Assembly: GCA_964591655.1 (NCBI GenBank)
Contig: CAZQDS010000002.1
Coordinates: forward strand, 1 to 36,966
From: an uncultured Methanosarcinales archaeon
GTDB lineage: Archaea > Nanobdellota > Nanobdellia > Woesearchaeales > UBA9642
Direction: 5' to 3'
DNA: 36,966 nucleotides
Made by a program: the position numbers and the translations under genes. Shown one piece after another: positions 8,291 through 16,041 of this stretch (position 1 is its first letter; each line of letters opens with the position of its first letter). Under the pieces are notes generated by a model that was not told the origin of the DNA, did no database searches, and saw only the letters and a list, made by a program, of their open reading frames with translations.

Positions 8291-8836
8291 ATGAGAAAAT
8301 TACAAATAGGTGTTATGGGGTCTGCAGAGGATTTGAAATATACAAAAAAACTTGAGGAGATGGCTGAGAAAATCGGCGAATTAATCGCGCAGTCAGGGAA
8401 CATTGTAGTTTATGGCGCAGAAAAAGATTATGATTCTTTATCTGCCGCCGCTGCTAGAGGAGCAAAACGTAGAGGAGGAATGATTGTAGGCGTAACATAC
8501 GGTAAAGATAAGGATATTTATGGAAAAGATTTTACGGACATAATAATATCCACTGGAATAGATCGTGGTGGAGGAAGAGAATTTGTTTTGGTTAATAGTT
8601 GTGATGCAATAATTGCTATAAGTGGCGGATCAGGAACTCTGACTGAGATTGCGATAGCATATCAATCTAATATACCTATAATATGCATTACTGGTGTCGG
8701 CGGTTGGAGCGAAAAATTAGCTGATACATTTATTGATGAACGGAAAAGGTTAAAATGTTTGGAAGCAAAAACTCCTGAAGAGGCAGTTAAGTTAATTATT
8801 AATGAAATTAAGTCCGTCAAATATATAAATGAATAA
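8291..8836 (+). CDS. LOG/SLOG-superfamily Rossmann protein (TIGR00725-like, lysine-decarboxylase-like family)
   Basis: IGVMGSA at the N-terminus, RGAKRRGGMIVGV, and the family signature SGGSGTLTEIAIAY (GGxGTxxE). GGAGG at 8278-8282 lies 8 nt before ATG 8291, which I prefer to the track start at 8276. ATG 8291 sits 1 nt after the upstream stop. Confidence 0.8.
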   Translation: MRKLQIGVMGSAEDLKYTKKLEEMAEKIGELIAQSGNIVVYGAEKDYDSLSAAAARGAKRRGGMIVGVTYGKDKDIYGKDFTDIIISTGIDRGGGREFVLVNSCDAIIAISGGSGTLTEIAIAYQSNIPIICITGVGGWSEKLADTFIDERKRLKCLEAKTPEEAVKLIINEIKSVKYINE

Positions 8837-8850
8837 GATAGTTGATTACT

Positions 8851-10149
8851 ATGACAATAGAGATGGCAAAAGGAGTGAGAGATTTCCCTCCTGAGGACAA
8901 GATAATACGGGATGATATGGTGAATAAGTTAGTCGGCATATTCCAGAGATATGGCTATTCTCCTCTTGAAACTCCTAGTATAGAAAGACTTGACACCCTT
9001 ACAGCAAAATTCGCTGCAGGTACAGAGAGCGATGCAGCAAAAGAGATATTCAAGCTCACAGACCAAGGCAACAGGGATCTCGGCCTGCGTTTTGACTTGA
9101 CTGTCCCTTTTTCAAGATTCGTCGCATTGAACCCGAACTTGAAGATGCCGTTCAAGAAATATGAGATAGGCAGAGCATTCAGGGATGGTCCGATAAAATT
9201 AGGGCGTTACAGGGAGTTCTGGCAATGCGATGTAGACATAGCGGGCTGCGGCTCAGTGAGGGCAGAGGCAGAACTTATACTTCTCGCATTGGATTCATTC
9301 AAGGAATTAGGGCTAGACGCATATATTGAAGTAAATAATCGTAAGTTGCTCTATGGGATGATGGATTATTGCGATATACCGAGAGAATTACGTGAGAGTG
9401 TAATAGTGAGCATCGATAAGATAAAGAAACAAGGGATCGGTGCAGTACGAAAAGAATTATTCGAGAAAGGAATTAAGGATACATCAATAGAGAAGATTGA
9501 AGAGATATTCCAGATGGAAGGGACTTCACAAGAGATGATAAACAATATGCGCCAATTGATGACTTCAGAGATGGGCATTGAAGGGGTGAATGAATTAGAT
9601 GAATTATTCTCCTACTTGAAATTTGTCGATCCTGGAAGGATAAGGCTCAATCTTTCGCTCGCAAGAGGGCTCGCATATTATACTGGAACAGTATTTGAGG
9701 GGTTCTTGAAAGATTCTAAGATGACATCAAGCATATGTGGTGGCGGGAGATATGATAACATGATAGGGATGTATGCAGAGAATGCAAGGGATTATCCTGC
9801 AGTAGGCATAAGCTTCGGATTAGAGCCGATAACAGACGCGTTAAAGTTATCAGGAATCGAACAGAGAAGGTCAGTCACACAATTATATATAATCCCTATA
9901 AAGACATTCAAGGAATCGCTTGTCATAACGACAAAACTGCGTGAAGCAGGTTTGAATGTCGAGATAGACCTGATGGAAAAAGGCGTCTCTAAGAATCTTG
10001 ATTATGCAAACTCATTGAAGATTCCATTCGTTGCATTCATAGGCGAGACAGAATTGAAAGAGCAGAAGATCAAGCTCAAGAACATGCATTCTGGAAAGGA
10101 AGAGCTATTGACATTAGAAGAGGCCTTTGCCAGAATTAATCAATTATGA
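8851..10149 (+). CDS. hisS: Histidine--tRNA ligase (class IIa, archaeal/eukaryal-like)
   Basis: GVRDFPPED, motif 2 region RYREFWQCDVDIAG, LARGLAYYTG, motif 3 region GGGRYDNM, and a C-terminal anticodon-binding domain (LYIIP...FVAFIGETELKEQKIKLKNM). The track start at 8842 is TTG. ATG at 8851 is used here. Confidence 0.93.
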   Translation: MTIEMAKGVRDFPPEDKIIRDDMVNKLVGIFQRYGYSPLETPSIERLDTLTAKFAAGTESDAAKEIFKLTDQGNRDLGLRFDLTVPFSRFVALNPNLKMPFKKYEIGRAFRDGPIKLGRYREFWQCDVDIAGCGSVRAEAELILLALDSFKELGLDAYIEVNNRKLLYGMMDYCDIPRELRESVIVSIDKIKKQGIGAVRKELFEKGIKDTSIEKIEEIFQMEGTSQEMINNMRQLMTSEMGIEGVNELDELFSYLKFVDPGRIRLNLSLARGLAYYTGTVFEGFLKDSKMTSSICGGGRYDNMIGMYAENARDYPAVGISFGLEPITDALKLSGIEQRRSVTQLYIIPIKTFKESLVITTKLREAGLNVEIDLMEKGVSKNLDYANSLKIPFVAFIGETELKEQKIKLKNMHSGKEELLTLEEAFARINQL

Positions 10150-10163
10150 TAAATTCTCGAAGA

Positions 10164-10170
10164 TTTTTTT
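10164..10170 (+). terminator. Oligo-T tract (7 T) just after hisS, in a convergent intergenic region
   Basis: agaTTTTTTTat lies 15 nt after the hisS stop. Archaeal termination typically uses oligo-T tracts. Confidence 0.4.
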
Positions 10171-10211
10171 ATAATCCTTCTCTTTATTTTTCTTTCTGCC
10201 ATTTATTTATA

Positions 10212-13200
10212 TCATTTATTTGCGAGTATTATCCAGTTAGATGATGATTTGTAATATCTTGCCATTAATGGGGTTGATGGCACATCTAAGTATACATATA
10301 ATGTCACATTACGGTTTGCAGTATCATTATTCCTGCCTAATCCAGAGCTTGTTATATTGATGTATGTGTTATTGACCAGTGATTGTCCGAATGAACTATC
10401 TGTCACATTGATGACAAAGTTGCTCGTCGAGATCCTGTCAGTATTGTTTGTTAAGTCGACAGCAAATATGCTCATGTTTACAAATATGGAGTTTCCGGTA
10501 TTGTTGACTATTATCGGAGTCAGAGCGACATCTTGCTGTCCTATGGTCAGTGTGCCTGCATCCAATCCATTGGTGTTTATCTGTATCGCGGACAATTCAT
10601 TGTATGTGAATGTAGTGGATGAATTCTCGACATAATTGCCGTCATTGTCTCTTATCGATATGTTTATGCTCCATATTCCGAACGGATCATAATATCTCAT
10701 GGAAACATTGCAGCTCACATTCTGCGCAGTTTCATTTATTGCTGTACCAGAACATGCGCTGCTCTGGCGTGCTATTCCAGAATAATTGACTCTCACTATT
10801 GCCGAACTTATGTTGATTGTGGAATTTCCGTTAGGATCATTAACGGTGAAGTTGAATTGTACACTTTTATTGTTCCCTTCAATAGGGTCCTGTGCCGATA
10901 CTGGCAGGAGCTTCATAATCGGAGAGACATTCATTATGAATACTGTGCTGCTGTTCGCCCAGTCGCTCACATTTAAAGTATCATTTGCCTGGCAACTGAA
11001 TGTCCAATTTTGGCCTATGACTAATTGAGAGCTGGAGATGTTTGCGATGTTGAACTCTGTGCCTGCAGTGTAGTTTTGTGCTGTAGATCCAGAGACGTTA
11101 ATCGCACCATCCTTGTACCAGATATAATTGTAGAACACTTCATCATCATCTGATGCGTTGCAGTATCCTTGAAGATTTATAGACGTGTCTGACACTGTCG
11201 GGCTTATCCTTGCAGTGACGTTTGTAGGGTTTATGTATGTCGTGTTATACCATTTTATTGAATAGAAGCATGCATCAGTTGATGAAGTAGCAAACAGATA
11301 ATTATCTTTTACATACATGCTATAGAATCCGCCGTTTCCTGTGCATGTCCCTGCAAGACCGGTGACATTTAAAGTCGCGAAGAGTGTCGGACTTGCGGGA
11401 TTGGTGACATTGACTATTCTTATCGTAGCATTGTTCACTGTCGTCCCTACAAATGCAAACTTATTGCCATTGTCAGGGAGCTGGCCTATCGCGACTGAAA
11501 CAGCATTAGTGATTCCGGCCACAGATCCTGCTATAGTGATGTTTGTCCCAGAGTTTATTGTGCCAGTCAAGTTGAGTATCGTCAAATCTCCATCTGTCTG
11601 AGAAGGGACGTAAAGCAGTTTTGTGCTGTTCTCGAAATAGAAATATTGCAGTCCATCTACAGATGCTGGAGAGGTCGTATCAGTATAATTTGCAAGGCAA
11701 GTTATGTTCCCGTTTGCGCTTATATTGAATACGCTCACAGTGTCATCTGTCGTGGACGCCCCTACCAATATGGTCGTTCCAGGGATGGCGTATAATTTTC
11801 TCAACTCATCTGTTGAGCAAGGATTTGCCGTGGCATTCCTGAAATATAATCCGACAGGACGGATGAGCGGGTTAGTCACATTATAAACACTGAGAGTGTC
11901 ATCTACTGATGCAGAGATGTATGCGTACCTGCTCGAGCCGATATCTGCATATGCCACGTCATAGACTCCATCTATGGAATAATATCCTGCACTGTTGTTA
12001 GCTATTGCACCTGAATTGTTCATGAGCGTAGGCGTGGCTGGTGAAACGTTGTATATGCTGAATTCATCATCAGTGAGAGCTGGTGCATAGAATATCTTTC
12101 TTGTGTCATCAAGCGTCCCGAACCATATTCCGTCTACGGATCCTGGCACTGCCGAATTGTTTATGCTTCCTATTATAGATAATGATTCAGGGTTGTTTAT
12201 GTCTATTATAGTGAATGAATCATCAGTATTTGAAGATACTATCAAGTATCCTCTGCTGTCATATTGCATCCCTCTTGCTCCCTCGATGCTATGCAATGGT
12301 ATGCTGTCCTGATAATATGCGGCCATAGTGAAGTTTACAATATATATAGGTGTGGGGTCTATTATGTGGTCTAGTTCGACTGTACCATCAATTATCTTCA
12401 GGTCGAACGTATCGCTGCTTGTATTTAGTGATGTAAGGTATATCTTATGATATCTCTCTTCAGTCAAGTTGGTGAATTCTGCAATAGAGATATTCTGTCC
12501 TTCTTCATAAACGATTATTTTCGCCTGTCCTGATGTTTCTCCTGATGTTTCCCCAGATCCTGCTCTGGCGTATATCGTTATGTCATTCGCTGATGTGAGC
12601 GCCCTCTCGAAAGTGACTCTTATATAATGGTCTTGTGACACGTTGAACCATACATCATCCTTTTCCTTGACATATTCGTATATCGGTTCTAAGAACGTCC
12701 TGTTTTCATCCAGCAGATCAGCTTTTGTGATAAGTATTATTATGAATTTCTGCTCGCTCAGGTGCGGCGCAATCCATTCTATGCGGTCTATCAGCCCATT
12801 ATTGTCGGTATCGTATGATGTGAATGGTATCTCTTTCTCTACGAATCCACTTGTTTTTATTTTTTCCAATTCTTCTTTTGTAATATTCAAATCTGTGATG
12901 TTTTCAGTATTGTTTATTATCCATGTTAATTTTATCCATTTGTCACTTGATATTTCTGATGGTAAGTCCGCGTAAGATAAGACGCTCGTATAATGTGTAT
13001 CTGATGAAATCATTACTTCTTTTACGTTATCGCTTATGACTGTTTCTGTCGCTATTGGTGCTTCTGTATAATATTCTATCTCCACATCTTCAATAGTCTC
13101 ATTTACCTCTAGAGGGATGAATGATTCTAATGTATCTGTTGGTTTTTCTAATTCTTGTTCTGATGCTATTGTTATTGCCTTGTTATTATCTTGTTTTTTC

Positions 13201-14495
13201 TCCTTGCCTAAATTTTCTTTATTAATCGTCTTGTCTTCTTTTGATATTATCTCTTTTACAACCTCCTCTTTTGATGTTTTGTTTTCTCTTGTTTTCTTTG
13301 TTACGGTTATATTTTCTGCTTCTATTGGTAAACTTATGTTTAGTTCCAATTCCTGTTCAATTGATTTAATTGTCTTGACCCATTTTACGCGCTCATTTAT
13401 TCTTGCAGGATATTGTGTCGTTTCAATTGTTATATTTGAAGCGTTAACTGTATATGCTATCGAAGATATTGTGAATATATTTGATGTTATTGTATTCTCC
13501 CCATCTGTCGCGTATATGTATGCTTCAATGTTCTCTGAGATTGAATTATTTTTTATGCTTATTTGGAGTAAATCTTCAGTTATCGATATATCTAGTGTTT
13601 GTGTTTCTATAGCGCTCATATCATATGATGGTTTCTTTGTGCTGTTGAAGTATTCTGAAAGGTTGAGTGTTAATATGTTATTGGTTGCATCTAGGGTCAT
13701 GTTCGGTATTAATCCTGCTTGTATTATTGGTTCATACGCTATTTGATAGTATATGTTCTCTATATATACTGTCGCGTTTGATAATTCAATAATTAGTTTG
13801 TATGGAGGCGTGCCTTGCATTATGCAACTGTCTGTGCACTCGTTTGCGAATGATGTTGTCATCTCTGTGGTTATGTTTTCTGTTGTCGAATTGTCTTCTA
13901 TTATTTGTTCTGTTGTGTTTGTTTCTGTGGTTATGTTTTCTGTTGTTTGTTCTGTTATGTTCTCTTCTATTGTTGTCGTATTTGTTTCTATTGTTATGTT
14001 TTCTGTTGTTTGTTCTGTTATGTTCTCTTCTATTGTTGTCGTATTTGTTTCTATTGTTATGTTTTCTGTTGTGTTCTCTTCTGTCTCATCCATTACTTCA
14101 TTTTGTATGGTCTCGCCCGTGATTTCATCTGTTACTAGGCCCGTTATTAGATTATCTCCAATGTTTTCTGGAGTATTATCTGAATTTAACCTTGCAATTA
14201 TTATCCTAGTACCATCATATTCGAGCCAGATTATGGCCTCGCCTCTTCCTCTTAAGACTGCATCTATAGATAAGAATGTTATTTTCGAGTTTATATCTAA
14301 TATTTCTTCACCGGATTCATAATATGTTTTATTTAGAGTTAATGTGCTTGTTTCCTCGTATGTTGCAAAGCCTGTCATTCCGAGCATTTGCGGATTGAAT
14401 ACCCATATTGCCTCTAGTGATAATATTACTAATAAGACTGCTAATAGGACAAACCTGTTCTTCCTCTTTTCAGGGATGAAGTTTATCCTATTCAT
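10212..14495 (-). CDS. Giant membrane-anchored, sequon-rich surface protein (1427 aa). N-terminal anchor, 21-aa tandem NxT repeats, cadherin-like module, LVIVD-type beta-propeller, YxWYKDG...GQNWTFSCQAND module, and a C-terminal double Ig-like module
   Basis: N-terminus is KRKNRFVLLAVLLVILSLEAIWVF. TENITIETNTTTIEENITEQT occurs 2.5 times. About six blades have the form ..YAY(I/V).S..DD.(L/F)S(V/I)(Y/F)N(V/I)(T/S)NP, e.g. DDSFTIIDINNPESLSIIG, DDTLSVYNVTNPLIRPVG and NATIRIVNVTNPASPTLFA. The N-terminal ~550 aa are collinear with the 1..6042 protein (C.D.C...PY.L, LSEYF..., TDGE...N.F). Confidence 0.9.
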   Translation of the reverse strand: MNRINFIPEKRKNRFVLLAVLLVILSLEAIWVFNPQMLGMTGFATYEETSTLTLNKTYYESGEEILDINSKITFLSIDAVLRGRGEAIIWLEYDGTRIIIARLNSDNTPENIGDNLITGLVTDEITGETIQNEVMDETEENTTENITIETNTTTIEENITEQTTENITIETNTTTIEENITEQTTENITTETNTTEQIIEDNSTTENITTEMTTSFANECTDSCIMQGTPPYKLIIELSNATVYIENIYYQIAYEPIIQAGLIPNMTLDATNNILTLNLSEYFNSTKKPSYDMSAIETQTLDISITEDLLQISIKNNSISENIEAYIYATDGENTITSNIFTISSIAYTVNASNITIETTQYPARINERVKWVKTIKSIEQELELNISLPIEAENITVTKKTRENKTSKEEVVKEIISKEDKTINKENLGKEKKQDNNKAITIASEQELEKPTDTLESFIPLEVNETIEDVEIEYYTEAPIATETVISDNVKEVMISSDTHYTSVLSYADLPSEISSDKWIKLTWIINNTENITDLNITKEELEKIKTSGFVEKEIPFTSYDTDNNGLIDRIEWIAPHLSEQKFIIILITKADLLDENRTFLEPIYEYVKEKDDVWFNVSQDHYIRVTFERALTSANDITIYARAGSGETSGETSGQAKIIVYEEGQNISIAEFTNLTEERYHKIYLTSLNTSSDTFDLKIIDGTVELDHIIDPTPIYIVNFTMAAYYQDSIPLHSIEGARGMQYDSRGYLIVSSNTDDSFTIIDINNPESLSIIGSINNSAVPGSVDGIWFGTLDDTRKIFYAPALTDDEFSIYNVSPATPTLMNNSGAIANNSAGYYSIDGVYDVAYADIGSSRYAYISASVDDTLSVYNVTNPLIRPVGLYFRNATANPCSTDELRKLYAIPGTTILVGASTTDDTVSVFNISANGNITCLANYTDTTSPASVDGLQYFYFENSTKLLYVPSQTDGDLTILNLTGTINSGTNITIAGSVAGITNAVSVAIGQLPDNGNKFAFVGTTVNNATIRIVNVTNPASPTLFATLNVTGLAGTCTGNGGFYSMYVKDNYLFATSSTDACFYSIKWYNTTYINPTNVTARISPTVSDTSINLQGYCNASDDDEVFYNYIWYKDGAINVSGSTAQNYTAGTEFNIANISSSQLVIGQNWTFSCQANDTLNVSDWANSSTVFIMNVSPIMKLLPVSAQDPIEGNNKSVQFNFTVNDPNGNSTINISSAIVRVNYSGIARQSSACSGTAINETAQNVSCNVSMRYYDPFGIWSINISIRDNDGNYVENSSTTFTYNELSAIQINTNGLDAGTLTIGQQDVALTPIIVNNTGNSIFVNMSIFAVDLTNNTDRISTSNFVINVTDSSFGQSLVNNTYINITSSGLGRNNDTANRNVTLYVYLDVPSTPLMARYYKSSSNWIILANK
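13861..14090 (-). repeat. In-frame 63-nt (21-aa) tandem repeat encoding a sequon-saturated spacer
   Basis: Units lie at 13915-13977 and 13978-14040 and are near identical. Partial units lie at 13861-13888 and 14041-14075. Each unit encodes TENITIETNTTTIEENITEQT, which carries 4 N-x-T sequons. Confidence 0.85.
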
Positions 14496-15009
14496 GTTCC
14501 TCCTTCTTCGAATTCTTTTTTTCTAATCCGAGTTTCTTTTCTGCTCTCTTGCATACGGTCCAGATTGTCTTCTGGCTCTTGCCTAATATTCTAGAAATTT
14601 GGCTATAGTGCATTCCGCTATCTTTTAGAGAAGAACAAATTGTCTCTAGTATGCTCAGATTCTTGTCTTGATGTTTGTTGAATATTGAGAAGTCTATATA
14701 TATAGTGTCTTCGTTTATTACTAGTTTGCTAGAAGATTTTTTTTGTGCGACTGAATACGTTACTGCAAGTGTTTTAGGATCTCTTGATAATAATTTTCCT
14801 ATTTGTTTGTATGTTAATTCCTTGTTTTCACGCAAGTATTTTACTATTGCCTCAAGCGGGGATAATTTTTCGTTGTTTATTATTGAAATGGGAAGTCTTA
14901 AGTTGTCTTTTAGAATGCGTCCTAGTTCATTTTCTTTGAACCCATATTTATCAGAAAGTATCCTTATCGCTTCTTTTTCGCTTAAACCCATGTTTTTTTG
15001 TCTAGGCAT
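14488..15009 (-). CDS. Small tandem-HTH protein with two sigma70-region4/LuxR-like HTH modules; paralog of 6035..6472
   Basis: The two modules are LSPLEAIVKYLRENKELTYKQIGKLLSRDPKTLAVTYSVAQKK and LSILETICSSLKDSGMHYSQISRILGKSQKTIWTVCKRAEKK. The stop overlaps the giant ORF start by 8 nt (ATGAATAG). GGAGGA lies just upstream of that ATG. Confidence 0.85.
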   Translation of the reverse strand: MPRQKNMGLSEKEAIRILSDKYGFKENELGRILKDNLRLPISIINNEKLSPLEAIVKYLRENKELTYKQIGKLLSRDPKTLAVTYSVAQKKSSSKLVINEDTIYIDFSIFNKHQDKNLSILETICSSLKDSGMHYSQISRILGKSQKTIWTVCKRAEKKLGLEKKNSKKEEHE

Positions 15010-15027
15010 GTGGTCTGATATATACTA

Positions 15028-15058
15028 TGTAAGTAATAATATATATTATGTAAGAATC
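15028..15058. promoter_or_regulatory. Two TGTAAG boxes at 21-bp spacing, between the TATA box and the start codon of the tandem-HTH gene 14488..15009
   Basis: tgtaagtaat at 15028-15037 and tgtaagaatc at 15049-15058. Each is preceded by tatg or ctatg, as in the copy-1 region. Confidence 0.55.
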
Positions 15059-15060
15059 TA

Positions 15061-15070
15061 TTTATAAATG
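15061..15070 (-). promoter_or_regulatory. TATA box (TTTATAAATA on the minus strand) for the HTH/giant-protein operon
   Basis: tttataaatg on the plus strand, 52-61 nt upstream of ATG 15009. This is a consensus-like archaeal TATA. Confidence 0.5.
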
Positions 15071-15115
15071 TTTATCTCTTATGCTTAAAATCGAAATCTT
15101 TATATATTAGTATGT

Positions 15116-15145
15116 CAATATACAAATTAATATACCAATATACAA
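15116..15145 (+). promoter_or_regulatory. Direct repeat CAATATACAA x2 (20-nt spacing) between a TATA-like element (ctttatatatt, 15098-15108) and the start of 15165..16001
   Basis: caatatacaa occurs at 15116-15125 and 15136-15145. Confidence 0.4.
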
Positions 15146-15164
15146 GACAGCTTATTTCGAGGTC

Positions 15165-16001
15165 ATGAAAATGGAGAAGAAAATATTATTATCGATTGCG
15201 ATATTTTTGGCATTCTGCACAATCCTAACATTGCCATTCATCATTCCAGCATTTGCAGGAACATCAGCATACTTCAACGTGTCATTGACGATCTCAAATG
15301 CTGCCCCTGTAATAGTCTCAGTGGATGCAATCTCAGACACCCCAACAGAAGGGACAACAAAGGTCGTATCATTTTACTTCAATGCATCAGACACTAACGG
15401 GGTATCAGACATACCCGCATCAAATGCATTGGTGAAGATCAATAGGAGCGGTGTAGAATTAAGTTCAGGATCATCATGCGAAGTCATCGGTTCAACATCA
15501 ACAATGAACAGATACCAATGCAATATCACTATAAATTATTATAATCTCCCAGGATCATGGACAATAAATGCCTCAGTATTTGATGGCGCATCAGCATTAG
15601 CGACTAATGTCACACAAACATACACCAATGGCAATGTCTACGGCATATCATTGAAGACAAATTCATTGACATTTTCAGGTTCTCCAGGACAAAGTGATGT
15701 AAATGCATCGAACAATCCACAGACAGTCAACAATACCGGAAACAACGCAATAACTTCATTAAACGTCACTGCGTATAATCTGGCAAATGGCGGGACATTT
15801 ATCGGTGTAGGAAACTTTAGCGTGAACATAACTAGTGCAGCTACAGGCCAGACATTGATAAACAACACTCCGGTGACTGTGAGCGGAAGCTCTGTTGCAG
15901 TCCAGGGATCAAGAGACCTCAATATATTCTTGGATGTCCCGAACGGCATAACTAACGGTACTTATACGTCGACAAATTCATGGATAGTGACCATAAATTG
16001 A
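15165..16001 (+). CDS. Secreted double Ig-like protein, a free-standing paralog of the C-terminal ~250 aa of the 1427-aa giant protein
   Basis: Signal peptide is KKILLSIAIFLAFCTILTLPFIIPAFA/GT. It is collinear with the giant protein's C-terminus. Matching pairs are NASDTNGVSDI / NDPNGNSTINI, YQCNITINYYNLPGSWTINASVFDG / VSCNVSMRYYDPFGIWSINISIRDN, VNNTGNNAITSLNV / VNNTGNSIFVNMSI, NFSVNITSAATGQTLINNTPV / NFVINVTDSSFGQSLVNNTYI, and LDVP...NSWIVTIN / LDVP...SNWIILANK. Confidence 0.8.
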   Translation: MKMEKKILLSIAIFLAFCTILTLPFIIPAFAGTSAYFNVSLTISNAAPVIVSVDAISDTPTEGTTKVVSFYFNASDTNGVSDIPASNALVKINRSGVELSSGSSCEVIGSTSTMNRYQCNITINYYNLPGSWTINASVFDGASALATNVTQTYTNGNVYGISLKTNSLTFSGSPGQSDVNASNNPQTVNNTGNNAITSLNVTAYNLANGGTFIGVGNFSVNITSAATGQTLINNTPVTVSGSSVAVQGSRDLNIFLDVPNGITNGTYTSTNSWIVTIN

Positions 16002-16041
16002 TACCGAAAAGTTTTTTAATATACCTCTCTTCAATTGTCCT

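Noticed and set aside
7397-8836. A tRNA-adjacent integrated island carrying the PRTase-like/LOG pair.
   Set aside because: I saw no integrase, no duplicated tRNA 3' end (att-like repeat), and no compositional break.
8842-10149. A HisZ regulatory paralog instead of HisRS, given the neighbouring PRTase-like gene.
   Set aside because: The protein keeps motif 2, the motif 3 GGGRYD block and a full anticodon-binding domain. The PRTase-like protein does not resemble HisG.
13861-14090. A regular 63-nt periodicity that could be mistaken for a CRISPR-like array.
   Set aside because: The units are contiguous with no spacers and lie in frame inside a long ORF. No cas genes are nearby.
13753-14322. Plus-strand ORFs with striking Cys/Phe/Leu/Val-rich repetitive products (13753..14322, 13802..14122, 13905..14138, and also 13117..13746).
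   Set aside because: They are antisense shadows of the T/N/E-rich repeat region of the 1427-aa gene. The periodicity comes from the sense-strand 63-nt repeat.
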